From the human T2T-CHM13v2.0 reference genome, Homo sapiens: a stretch of DNA of 64,000 bases. The stretch lies in NCBI RefSeq assembly GCF_009914755.1, contig NC_060933.1. The stretch is one strand, 5' to 3'. This document shows, in pieces, positions 42,801 through 56,605 of the stretch. The notes below the pieces were generated by a model. That model was not told the origin of the DNA and ran no database searches. It worked only from the letters and a program-made list of their open reading frames with translations. Numbering within the stretch: the first letter of the stretch is position 1; each line of letters begins with the position of its first letter. The position numbers and the translations under genes were made by a program.

Positions 42801-45800
42801 GAATGGAATGGTACGGAATAGAATGGAATGGAATGGAATGGACCCGTGTGCAATGGATTGGAATGGAATGTAATGGAATGGAATGGAATGGAATGGAATG
42901 GTTTCAACTCGAATGGAATGGAAAGGAATGGAATCAACCCGAGTGGCACGGCATGGAATGGAATGGAATGGAATGGAAAGGAATGGAATAGAATGAAATG
43001 GAATGGAATGGAATGGAATGGAAACAACACGAGTGCAATGTAATGGAATCGAGTGGAATGGAATTGAATGGATAGGAATGGATTCAATCCGAATGGAATG
43101 GAAAGGAATTGAATCAACCCGAGAGGAATAGCATGGAATGGAGTGGAATGGAATGGAATGGAATGGAATGGTAAGGAATAGAATGGAATGGAACTAAATG
43201 GAATGGAATGGAATGGAATGGAATGGAATAGAATGAACCCGTGTGCAATGGAATGGAATCGAATGGAATGGAATGGAATGGAATGGATTCAACTCGAATG
43301 GAATGGAAAGGAATGGAATCAACCCGAGTGGAATAGCATGGATTGGAATGGAAAGGAATGGAATGGAATGGTACGGAATAGAGTGGAATGGAACGAAATG
43401 GAATGGAATGGAATGGAATGGAATGGAATGGAATGGAATCAACCCGAGTGCAGGGGAATGGAGTGGAATGCAAGGCAATGGAATGGAATCATCCGGAATT
43501 GAATGGAATGGAATGGAATGGAATGGAATCAACTCGATTGAAATGGAATGGAATGGAATGGAATGGAGTGAATGGGAATGGAATGGAATGTAATGAACCC
43601 GAGTGCAGGGGAAAGGAATGGAATGGAATGCAATGGAATGGAGTCATCCTGAATGGAACGGAATGGAATGGAATGGAATCAACCCGTGTGCAATATAATG
43701 GAATCGAAAGGAATGGAATGGAATGGAATGGATTCAACCCAAATGGAATGAAAAGGAATGGAATAAACCCGAGTGGAATGGCATGGAATGGAGTGGAATG
43801 GAATGGAATGGAATGGTACAGAATAGAATGGAACGGAATGAAATGGAATGGAATGGAATGGAATGGAATGGAACGGAATGCAATGGAATGGAATGGAATG
43901 GAATGGAATGGAATGAACCCGTGTGCAATGGAATGGAATGGAATGGAATGGGTTCAACACTAATGGAATGCAAAGGAATGGAATCAACACGAGTGGAATG
44001 GCATGGAATGGAGTGGAATGGAATGGAATGGAATGGAATGGAATGAAATGGAATGGAATGGAATGGAATGGAATCAACCTGAGTGCAGTGTAATGGAATG
44101 GAATGGAATGGAATGGATTCAACACGAATGGAATGGAAAGGAATGGAATAAATCCGCGTGGAATGGCATGGAATGGAGTGGAATGGAATGGAATGGAATG
44201 GAATGGAATCAACCCGAGTGCAATGTAATGGAATCGAATGGAATGGAATGGAATGGAATGGATTCAACCCGAATGGAATGGAAAGGAATGGAATAAACCC
44301 GAGTGGAATGGCATGGAGTGGAGTGGAATGGAATGGAATGGAATGGAATGGAATGGAATGGAATGGTACGGAATAGAATGGAATGGAACGAAATGGAATG
44401 GAATGGAATGGAATGGAATGGAATGGAATGGAATGGAATGAACCCGTGTGCAATGGAATGGAATCGAATGGAATGGAATGGATTGGAATGGATTCAACTC
44501 GAATGGAATGGAAAGGAATGGAATCAACCCGAGTGGAATGGCATGGAATGGAATGGAATGGAATGGAATGGAATGGAATGGAATGGTACGGAATAGAATG
44601 GAAAGGAACGAAATGGAATGGAATGAAATGGAATGGAATGGAATGGAATGGAATGGAATGGAATGGAATGGAATGGAATCAACCCGAGTGCAGGGGAATG
44701 GAATGGAATTGAAGGCAATGGAATGGAATCATCCGGAATTGAATGGAATGGAATGGAATCAACTCGATTGCAATGGAATGGAATGGAATGGAATGGAATG
44801 GAATTAACCCGAATAGAATGGAATGGAATGGAATGGAAGTAAATGGAATGGAAGGTAATGAACCCGAGTACAGGGGAATGGAATGGAATGGAATGCAATG
44901 GAATGGAGTCATCCGGAATGGAACGGAAAGGAATGGAATGGAACCAACACGTGTGCAATGGAATTGAAAGGAATGGAATGGAATGGAATGGAATGGAATG
45001 GAATGGAATGGAATGGATTCAACCCGAATGGAATGGAAAGGAAGGGAATCAACCCAAGTGGAATGGCATGGAATGGAATGGATTGGAATGGAATGGAATG
45101 GAATGGTACCGAATGGAATAGAATGGAATGGTACCGAATAGAATGGAATGGAACGAAATGGAATGGAATGGAATGGAATGGAATGGAATGAACCCGTGTG
45201 CAATGGATTGGAATGGAATGGAATGGAATGGAATGGAATGGAATGGGTTCGACTCGAATGGAACGGAATGGAATGAAATCAAACCTAGTGGAATGGCATG
45301 GAATGGAATGGAATGGAATGGAATGGAAAGAATTGAAACAACACGAGTGCAATGTAATGGAATCGAATGGAATGGAATGCAATGGATTCAACCCAAATGG
45401 AATGGAAACGAATGGAATAAAACCGAGTGGAATGGCATGGAATGGAGTCTAATGGAATGGAATGGAATGGAATGGTATGGAATAGAATGGAATGGAACGA
45501 AATGGAATGGAATGGAATGGAATGAAATCAACCCGTGTGCAATGGAATGGAATGGAATGGAATGGAATGGAATGGATTCAACTTGAACGGAATGGAAAGG
45601 AATGGAATCAACCCGAGTGGAATGGCGTGGAATGGAATGGAATGGAATGGAATGGAATGGAATTAACCCTAATAGAATGGAATGGAATGGAATGGAATGG
45701 AATGGAATGGAATGGAATGGAATGGAATGGAAGGAAATGGAATGGAATGGAATGGAATGGAATGGAATGGAATGGAATGGTACGGAATAGAATTGAATGG

Positions 45801-46674
45801 AACGAAATGGAATGGAATGGAATGGAATGGAATGGAATGGAATGGAATGGAATCATCCCGAGTGCAGGGGAATGGAATGGAATGGAAGGCAATGGAATGA
45901 CATCATTCGGAATTGAATGGAATGGAATGGAATGGAATGGAATCAACTCGATTGAAATGGAATGGAATGGAATGGAATGGAATGGAATGGAATGGAATGG
46001 AATGGAATGGAAGTGAATGGAATGGAATGGAATGAAACCGAGTGCAGGGGAATGGAATGGAATGGAATGCAATGGAATGGAGTCATCCGGAATGGAACGG
46101 AATGGAATGGAATGGAATCAACCCGAGTGCAATGGAATGGAATGGAATGGAAAGGAATGGAATGGAATGGACTCAACCCGAATGGAATGAAAAGGAATGG
46201 TATCAACCAGAGTGGAATGGAATGGAATCGAATGGAAAGGAAAGGAATAGAATGGAATCAACCCGAGTGGAATGGAATGGAAAGGACTGGAATGGAATGG
46301 AATGGAATGCAATGGAATCAACTCGATTGCAATGAAATGGAATGGAATGGAATGGAATGGAATGGAATGGAATGGAATGGAATGGAATAGAATGGAAAGG
46401 AATCACCCCAAGTGCAGGGGAATTTAATGGAATGGAATGCAGTGGAATGGAATCATCCGGAATGGAATGGAATGGAATGGAATGGAACGGAATGGAATGG
46501 AATCAACTCGATTTCAATGGAATGGAAAGGAATGGAATGGAATGGAATGCAATGGAATCGTACGGAATAGAATGGAATGGAACGAAATGGAATGTAATGG
46601 AATGGAATGGAATGGAATGGAATGGAATGGAATGGAATGGAACGGAATGGAATGGAATGGGTTCAACTCGAATG

Positions 46675-46870
46675 GAATGGAAAGGAATGGAATCAACACG
46701 AGTGGAATGGCATGGAATGGAATGGAATTGAATGAAATGGAATGGAATGGAATGGAATGAAATGTAATGGAATGGAAAGGAATGGAATCAACACGAGTGG
46801 AATGGCATGGAATGGAATGGAATTGAATGAAATGGAATGGAATGGAATGGAATGAAATGTAATGGAATGG
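46675..46870 (+). repeat. 95-bp tandem duplication (also present at ~62280-62470)
   Basis: AAAGGAATGGAATCAACACGAGTGGAATGGCATGG...AATTGAATGAAATGG at 46681 and 46776. Confidence 0.85.
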
Positions 46871-48720
46871 AATGGAATGGAATCAACCCGAGTGCAATGT
46901 AATGGAATCGAATGGAATGGAATGGAATGGAATGGATTCAACCAGAATGGAATGGAAAGGAATGGAATAAACCCGAGTGGAATGGCATGGAATGGAGTGG
47001 AATGGAATGGAATGGAATGGAATGGAATGGAATGGTACGGAATAGAATGGAATGGAAGGAAATGGAATGGAATGGAATGGAATGGAATGGAATGGAATGG
47101 AATGAACCCGTGTGCAATAGAATGGAATCGAATGGAATGGAATGGATTGGAATGGATTGAACTCGAATGGAATGGAAAGGAATGGAATCAACCCGAGTGG
47201 AATGGCATGGAATGGAATGGAATGGAATGGAATGCAATCATTCCGAGTGGAATAGAAGGGAATGAATTCGAGTGGAATGGAAAGGAATGGAATCAACCAG
47301 AGTGGAATGGAAGGGAATGGAATGGAATGGAAACTAATAAAATGGAATCAAAACGAGTGGAATGGAATGGAAAGGACTTGAATGGAATGGAATGGAATGG
47401 AATGGAATGGAATGGAATGGAATCAACTCGATTGCTAGGGAATGTAAGGGAATGGAATGGAATGGAATTAACCCGAATAGAATGGAATGGAATGGAATGG
47501 AATCAACCTGAGTGCAGGGGATTGGAATGCAATGGAATGCAATGGAATGGAATGGAATGGAATGCAATGGAATCAACTAGATTGCAATGGAATGGAATGG
47601 AATGGAATGGAATGGAATGGAATGGAATGGAATTAACCTGAACAGAATGGAATGGAATGGAATGGAATGGAATGGAATGGAATGGAACGGAATGGAATGG
47701 AATGGAATGGAATGGAATCAACCAGAGTGCAGGGGAATGGAATGGAATGGAATGCAATGGAATGGAATCATCCGGAATGGAATTGAATGGAATGGAATGC
47801 ATTGGAATGGAATCAATCAACCCGAGTGCAATGCAATGGAGTGTAATGGAATCGAATGGAATGGAAACTACCCGAATGGAATGGAATGTAATGGAGTGTA
47901 AGGGAATTGAAAAGAATCAATCCGAATGTAATGGAATGGAATGGAACGGAATGAAATGGAATGGCATGGAATGGAATGGAATCAACCCGAGTGCAATGGA
48001 ATGGAATTGAACGGAATGGAATGGAAAGGAATGGATTCAACCCGAATGGAATGGAAAGGAATGTAATAAACCCGAGTGGAATGGCATGGAACGGAATGAA
48101 ATGGAGTGGAATGGAATGGAATGGAATGGAATGGAATGGTACGGAATAGAATGGAATGGAACGAAATGGAATAGAATGGAATGGAATGGAATGGAATGAA
48201 ACCGTGTGCAATGGAATGGAATGGAATGGAATGGAATGGAATGGAATGGAAGGGGTTCGACTCGAATGGAATGGAATGGAATGGAATCAACCCGAGTGGA
48301 ATGGCATGGAATGGAATGGAATGGAATGGAATGGAATGGAATGGAATGGAAACAACACGAGTGCAATGTAATGGAATGGAATGGAATGGAATGGAATGGA
48401 ATGGAATGGATTCAACCCGAATGGAATGGAAAGGAATGGAATAAACCCGAGTGGAATGGCATGGAATGGAGTCTAATGGAATGGAATGGAATGGAATGGT
48501 ATGGAATAGAATGGAATGGAACGAAATGGAATGGAATGGAATGGAATGGAATGGAATGGAATGAAATGAACCCGTGTGCAATGGAATGGAATGGAATGGA
48601 ATGGAATGGAATGGAATGGAATGGGTTCAACTCGAATGGAATGGAAAGGAATGGAATCAACCCGAGTAGAATGGCATGGAATGGAATGGAATGGAATGGA
48701 ATGGAATGGAATGGAATGGA

Positions 48721-51700
48721 ATGGAATCGTTCCGAGTGGAATAGGAGGGAATGTATTCGAGTGGAATGGAAAGGAATGGAATCAACCAGAGTGGAATGGA
48801 AGGGAATGGAATGGAATGGAAACTAATAGAATGGAATCACCGAGTGGAATGGAATGGAAAGGACTGGAATGGAATGGAATGGAATGATCAACTCGATTGT
48901 AATAGAATGGAATGGAATGGAATGGAATGGAATGAAATGCCATGGAATGGAATTAACTCGAATACAATGGAATGGAATGGAATGGAAGGGAATGGACTGG
49001 AATGGAATGGAATCAACCCGAGTGCAGGGAAATGGAATGGAATGGAATGCAATGGAATGGAATCATCCGGAATGGAATGGAATGGAATGGAATGCAAAGC
49101 AATGGAATCAAGTCGATTGCAATGGAATGGAATGGAATGGAAAGGAATAGAATGGAATCAACCCGAGTGGAATGGAATGGAAAGGACTGGAATGGAGTGG
49201 AATGGAATGGAATGGAATGGAATGGAATGGAATCAACTCGATTGGAATGGAATGGAATGGAATGGAATGGAATGGAATGGAATGGAATGGAATGGAATCA
49301 ACTCGATTGCAATCGAATGGAATGCAATGGAATTAACCCGAATAGAATGGAATGGAATGGAATGGAACGGAACGGAATGGAATGGAATGGAATGGAATGG
49401 AATGGAATGAAATGGAACGGAACGGAACGGAACGGAATGGAATGGAATGGAATGGAATGGAATGGAATCAACGCGAGTGCAGGGGAATGGAATGGAATGG
49501 AATGCATTGGAATGGAATCTTCCGGAATGGAATGGAATGGAATGGAATGGAATGAAATGCAATGGATTCAACTCGATTGCAATGGAATGGAATGGAATGG
49601 AATGGAATGGAATGAAATGCAATGGATTCAACTCGATTGCAATGGAATGGAATAGATTGGAATGGAATGGAATGGAATGGAATGGAATGGAATGGAATGG
49701 AATGGAATTAACCCGAATAGAATGGAATGGAATGGAATGGAACGGAATGAAACGAAATGGAATGGAATGGAATGGAATGGAATGGAATGGTATGTAATGG
49801 AATGGAATGGTACGGAATAGAATGGAATGGAACGAATTGTAATGGCATGGAATTGAATGGAATGGAATGGAATGGAATGGAATGGAATCAACGCGAGTGC
49901 AGGGCAATGTAATGGAACGGAATGCAATGGAATGGAATCATCCGGAATGGAATGGAATGGAATGGAAAGGAATGGAATCAACCCGAGTGCAATGGAATGG
50001 AGTGGAATGGAATGGAATGGAATGGAACAACCCGAATGGAATGGAATGTAATGGAGAGTAAGGGAGTTGAATAGAATCAATCCGAATGTAATGGAATGGA
50101 ATGCAACGGATTGGAATGGAATGGAATGGGATGGAATGCAATGGAATGGAATCAACCCGAGTACAATGGAATGGAATGGAATGGAATGGAATGGAATGGA
50201 ATGGAATGGAATGCCTTCAAACCGAATGGAATGGAAAGGAATGGAATCAACACGAGTGGAATGGAATGGAATGGAATGGAATGGAATGGAATGGAATGAT
50301 ACGGAATAGAATGTAATGGAACGAAATGGAATGGAATGGAATGGAACGGAATGGAATGGAATGGAATGGAATGGAATCGTTCCGAGTGGAATAGGAGGGA
50401 ATGTATTCGAGTGGAATGGAAAGGAATGGAATCACCCAGAGTGGAATGGAAGAGAATGGAATGGAATGGAAACTAATAGAATGGAATCAACCCGAGTGGA
50501 ATGGAATGGAAAGGACTGGAATGGAATGGAATGGAATGGAATCAACCCGAGTGCAATGGAATGGATTCGAATGGAATGGAATGGAATGGAATGGATTCAA
50601 CAAGAATGGAATGGAAAGGAATGGATTCAACCCGAGTGTAATGGCATGGAATGGAACGGAATGGAATGGGATGGAATAGAATGGTACGGAATAGAATGGA
50701 ATGGAATGAAATGGAATGGAATGGAATGGAATGGAATGGAATGGAATGGAATCAACTCGATTGCAATCGAATGGAATGGAATGGAATTAACCCGAATAGA
50801 ATGGAATGGAATGGAATGGAATGGAACGGAATGGAATGGAATGGAATGGAATGGAATGGAATGGAATGGAATTGAACGGAACGGAATGGAATGGAATGGA
50901 ATGGAATGGAATGGAATGGAATGGAATGGAATCAACGCGAGTGCAGGGGAATGGAATGGAATGGAATGCAATGGAATGGAATCTTCCGGAATGGAATGGA
51001 ATGGAATGGAATGGAATGAAATGCAATGGATTCAACTCGATTGCAATGGAATGGAATAGAATGGAATGGAATGGAATGGAATGGAATTAATCCGAATAGA
51101 ATGGAATGGAATGGAAAGGAACAGAACGGAACGGAATGGAATGGAATGGAATGGTATGTAATGGAATGGAATGGTACGGAATAGAATGGAATGGAGCGAA
51201 TTGCAATGGAATGGAATTGAATGGAATGGAATGGAATGGAATGGAATGGAATCAACGCGAGTGCAGGGGAATGTAATGGAACGGAATGCAATGGAATGGA
51301 ATCACTCGGAATGGAATGGAATGGAATGGAATGGAATGGAATCAACCCGACTGCAATGGAATGGAGTGGAATGGAATGGAATGGAATGGAACAACCCGAA
51401 TGGAATGGAATGTAATGGAGAGTAAGGGAGTTGAATAGAATCAATCCGAATGTAATGGAATGGAATGCAACGGAATGGAATGGAATGGAATGGAATGGAA
51501 TGCAATGGAATGGAATCAACTCGAGTACAATGGAATGGAATGGAATGGAATTGAATGCAATGGAATGGAATCAACTCGAGTACAATGGAATGGAATGGAA
51601 TGGAATGGAATGGAATGGAATGGAATGGAATGGAATTGAATAAAATGGAATGCCTTCAAACCGAATGGAATGGAAAGGAATGGAATCACCACGAGTGGAA

Positions 51701-54700
51701 AGGAATGGAATGGAATAGAATGGTACGGAATAGAATGGAATGGAACGAACTGGAATGGAATGGAATGGAATGGAACGGAATGGAATGGAATGGAATGGAA
51801 TCGTTCTGAGTGGAATAGGAGGGAATGTATTCGAGTGGAATGGAAAGTAATGGAATCAACCAGATTGGAATGGAAGGGAATGGAATGGAATGGAAACTAA
51901 TAGAATGGAATCAACCCGAGTGGAATGGAATGGAAAGGACTGGAATGGAATTGAATGGAATGGAATTGAATGGAATCAACTACATTGTAATGGAATGGAA
52001 TGGAATGGAATGGAATGGAATTAACCCGAATACAATGGAATGGACTAGAATGGAACGGAATGGAGTGGAATGGAATGGAATCAACCCGAGTGCAGGGGAA
52101 TGGAATGGAATGGAATGCAATGGAATGGAATCATCCGGAATGGAATGGAATGGAATGGAATGCAAAGCAATGGAATCAACTCGATTGCAATGGAATGGAA
52201 TGGAATGGAAAGGAATAGAACGGAATCAACCCGAGTGTAATGGAATGGAAAGGACTGGAATGGAGTGGAATGGAATGGAATGGAATGGAATGGAATCAAC
52301 TCGATTGGAATGGAATGGAATGGAATGGAAAGGAATGGAATGGAATTAACCCGAATAGAATGGAATGGAATGGAATGGAACGGAATGGAATGGAATGGAA
52401 TGGAATGGAATGGAATCAACCCGACTGCAGGGGAATGGAATGGAATGGAATGCAATAGAATGGAATCATCCGGAACGGAATGGAATGGAATGGAATGGAA
52501 TCAACTCGATTGCAATCGAATGAAATGCAATGGAATTAACCCGAATAGAATGGAATGGAATGGAATGGAATGGAACGGAATGGAATGGAATGGAATGGAA
52601 TGAAATGGAACGGAACGGAACGGAATGGAATGGAATGGAATGGAATGGAATGGAATCAACGCGAGTGCAGGGGAATGGAATGGAATGGAATGCAATGGAA
52701 TGGAATCTTCCGGAATGGAATGGAATGGAATGGAATGGAATGAAATGCAATGGATTCAACTCGATTGCAATGGAATGGAATGGAATGGAATGGAATGGAA
52801 TGGAATGGAATGAAATGTAATGGATTCAACTCGATTGCAATGGAATGGAATAGATTGGAATGGAATGGAATGGAATTAACCCGAATAGAATGGAATGGAA
52901 TGGAATGGAACGGAATGGAACGGAACGGAATGGAATGGAATGGAATGGAATGGAATGGAATGGAATCAACGCGAGTGCAGGGGAATGTAATGGAACGGAA
53001 TGCAATGGAACGGAATCATCCGGAATGGAATGGAATGGAATGGAATGGAATGCAATCAACCCGAGTGCAATGGAATGGAGTGGTATGGAATGGAATGGAA
53101 TGGAACAACCCGAATGGAATGGAATGGAATGGAGAGTAAGGGAGTTGAATAGAATCAATCCGAATGTAATGGAATGGAATGCAACGGATTGGAATGGAAT
53201 GGAATGCAATGGAATGGAATCAACCCAAGTACAATGGAATGGAATGGAATGGAATGGAATGGAATGGAATGGAATGCCTTCAAACCGAATGGAATGGAAA
53301 GGAATGGAATCAACACGAGTGGAATGTAATGGAATGGAATGGAAGGGAATGGAATGGAATGGAATGGAATGATACGGAACAGAATGGAATGGAACGAAAT
53401 GGAATGGAATGGAATGGAATGGAATGGAATGGAATGGAATGGAATGGAATGGAATCGTTCCGAGTAGAATAGGAGTGAATGTATTCGAGTGGAATGGAAA
53501 GGAATGGAATCACCCAGAGTGGAATGGAAGAGAATGGAATGGAATGGAAACTAATAGAATGGAATCAACCCGAGTGGAATGGAATGGAAAGGACTGGAAT
53601 GGAATGGAATGGAATGGAATGGAATGAAATGGAATGGAATCAACACGATTGGAATGGAATGTAATGGAATGGAATGGAATGAAATGGAATGGAATCAACT
53701 CGATTGCAATGGAATGGAATGGAATGGAATGAAATGGAATGGAATTAACCCGAATACAATGGAATGGAATGGAATGGAATGGTACGGAATGGAGTGGAAT
53801 GGAATGGAATCAACCAGAGTGCTGGGGAATGGAATGGACTGGAATGCAATGGAATGGAATCATCCGGAATGGAATGGAATGGAATGGAATGCAAAGCAAT
53901 GGAATCAACTCGATTGCAATGGAATGGAATGGAATGGAAAGGAATACATTGGAATCACCCCGAGTGGAATGGAATGGAAAGGACTGGAATGGAGTGGAAT
54001 GGAATGGAATGGAATGGAATGCAATCAACTCGATTGGAATGGAATGGAATGGAATGGTACGGAATAGAATGGAATGGAACGAATTGTAATGGAATGGAAT
54101 TGAATGGAATGGAATGGAATGGAATGGAATCAACGCGAGTGCAGGGGAATGTAATGGAACGGAATGCAATGGAATGGAATGGAATGGAAAGGAATACACT
54201 GGAATCAACCCGAGTGGAATGGAATGGAAAGGACTGGAATGGAGTGGAATGGAATGGAATGGAATGGAATGGAATCAACTCGATTGGAATGGAATGGAAT
54301 GGAATGGTACGGAATAGAATGGAATGGAACGAATTGTAATGGAATGAAATTGAATGGAATGGAATGGAATGGAATGGAATCAAGGCGAGTGCAGGGGAAT
54401 GTAATGGAACGGAATGCAATGGAATGGAATCATCCGGAATGGAATGGAATGGAATGGAATGGAATGGAATCAACCCGAGTGCAATGGAATGGAGTTTAAT
54501 GGAATGGAATAGAATGGAACAACCCGAATGGAATGGAATGTAATGGAGAGTAAGGGAGTTGAATAGAATCAATCCGAATGTAATGGAATGGAATGCAACG
54601 GAATGGAATGGAATGGAATGGAATGGAATGCAATGGAATGGAATCAACCGGAGTACAATGGAATGGAATGGAATGGAATGGAATGGAATGGAATGGAATG

Positions 54701-56605
54701 GAATGGAATGGAATGGAATGGAATGGAATGATACGGAATAGAATGGAATGGAACGAAATGGTATGGAATGGAATAGAATGCAATGGAATGGAATGGAATT
54801 GTTCCGAGGGAATAGGAGGGAATGTATTCGAGTGGAATGGAAAGGAATGGAATCAACCAGAGTGGAATGGAAGGGAATGGAATGGAATGGAAACTAATAG
54901 AATGGAATCAACCCGAGTGGAATGGAATGGAAAGGACTGGAATGGAATGGAATGGAATGGAATGGAATGGAATGGAATGGAATTAACCCGAATACAATGG
55001 AATGGAATGGAATGGAACGCAATGGAGTGGAATGGAATGGAATCAACCCGAGGGCAGGGGAATGGAATGGAATGGAATGCAATGAAATGCAATCATCCGG
55101 AATGGAATGGAATGGAATGGAATGGAATGCAAAGCAATGGAATCAACTCGATGGCAATGGAATGGAATGGAATGGAAAGGAATACATTGGAATCACCCCG
55201 AGTGGAATGGAATGGAAAGGACTGGAATGGAGTGGAATGGAATGGAATGGAATGGAATGCAATCACCTCGATTGGAATGGAATGGAATGGAATGGTACGG
55301 AATAGAATGGAATGGAAAGAATTGTAATGGAATGGAATTGAATGGAATGGAATGGAATGGAATGGAATCAACGCGAGTGCAGGGGAATGTAATGGAACGG
55401 AATGCAATGGAATGGAATGGAATGGAAAGGAATACATTGGAATCAACCCGAGTGGAATGGAATGGAAAGGACTGGAATGGAGTGGAATGGAATGGAATGG
55501 AATGGAATGGAATGGAATGGAATCAACTCGATTGGAATGGAATGGAATGGAATGGAATGGAATGGAATTAACCCGAGTAGAATGGAATGGAATGGAATGG
55601 AACGGAACGGAACAGAACGGAACGGAATGGAATGGAATGGAACAGAACGGAACGGAATGGAATGGAATGGAAAGGAATCAACGCGAGTGCAGGGGAATGG
55701 AATGGAATGGAATGAAATGGAATGGAATCTGCCAGAATGGAATGGAATGGAATGGAATACAATGGAATGGAATGGAATGGAATGGAATGGAATCAACCCG
55801 AGTACAGGGGAATGGAATGGAATGTAATGCAATGGAATGGAATCATCCGTAATGGAATGGAAAGGAATGGAATGGAATGGAATGGAATGCAATGGATTCA
55901 ACTGGATTGCAATGAAATGGAATAGAATGGAATGGAATGGAATGGAATGGAATGGAATGGAATGGAATTAACCCGAATAGAATGGAATGGAATGGTATGG
56001 AACGGAACGGAACGGAACGGAACCGAACGGAATGGAATGGAATGGAATGGAATGGAATGGAATGGAATGGAATGGAATTGTATGGAATGGAATGGAATGG
56101 TACAGAATAGAATGGAATGGAAAGAATTGGAATGGAATGGAATCGAATGGAATGGAATCGAATGGAATGGAATGGAATGGAATGGAATGGAATGGAACCA
56201 ACCCGAGTGCAATGGAATGGATTGGAATGGAATGGAATGGAATGGAGCAACTCGAATGGAATGGAATGTAATGGAGAGTAAGGGAGTTGAATAGAATCAA
56301 TCCGAATGTAATGGAATGGAATGGAACGGAATGGAATGGAATGGAATTGAATGGAATGCAATGGAATGGAATCAACCCGAGTACAATGGAATGGAATGGA
56401 AAGGAATGGAATGGAATGGAATGGAATGGAATGGAATGGAATGGAATCAACCCGAGTGCAATGGAATAGAGAGGAAAGGAATGGAATGGAATGGAAACTA
56501 CCCGTATGGCATGGAATGTAATGAAGTGTAAGGGAATTGAATAGAATCAATCCGAATGGCATGGAATGTAATGGAACGGAATGTAATGTAATGGACTGGA
56601 ATGGA
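48721..56605 (+). repeat. HSat3 sub-domain, type A
   Basis: ATCGTTC-type module at ~48726, 50376, 51800, 53454 and 54798. TCTTCCGG at ~49518, 50982 and 52706. Confidence 0.75.
49514..52716. promoter_or_regulatory. Three dispersed perfect heat shock elements (~49514, 50978, 52702)
   Basis: GGAATCTTCCGGAAT at each position. Confidence 0.45.

Larger units (their letters stand above)
21281..48720 (+). repeat. HSat3 sub-domain, type B
   Basis: B words throughout. I found no ATCGTTCCGAG, GCCTTCAAACC or TCTTCCGG in these ~27 kb. Confidence 0.75.

Noticed and set aside
45416-45422. AATAAA words (also in ATAAACCCGAG) as polyadenylation signals
   Set aside because: These are one-base variants of AATCAA recurring in B words, with no downstream GU-rich element or transcript evidence.
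5108-51825. Offset ~46.7 kb is nearly 3 x 15.57 kb, hinting at four HOR copies
   Set aside because: The intermediate positions (~20.7 and ~36.3 kb) do not match the block, and the neighbouring block has a different offset (~44.7 kb). Probably coincidence.
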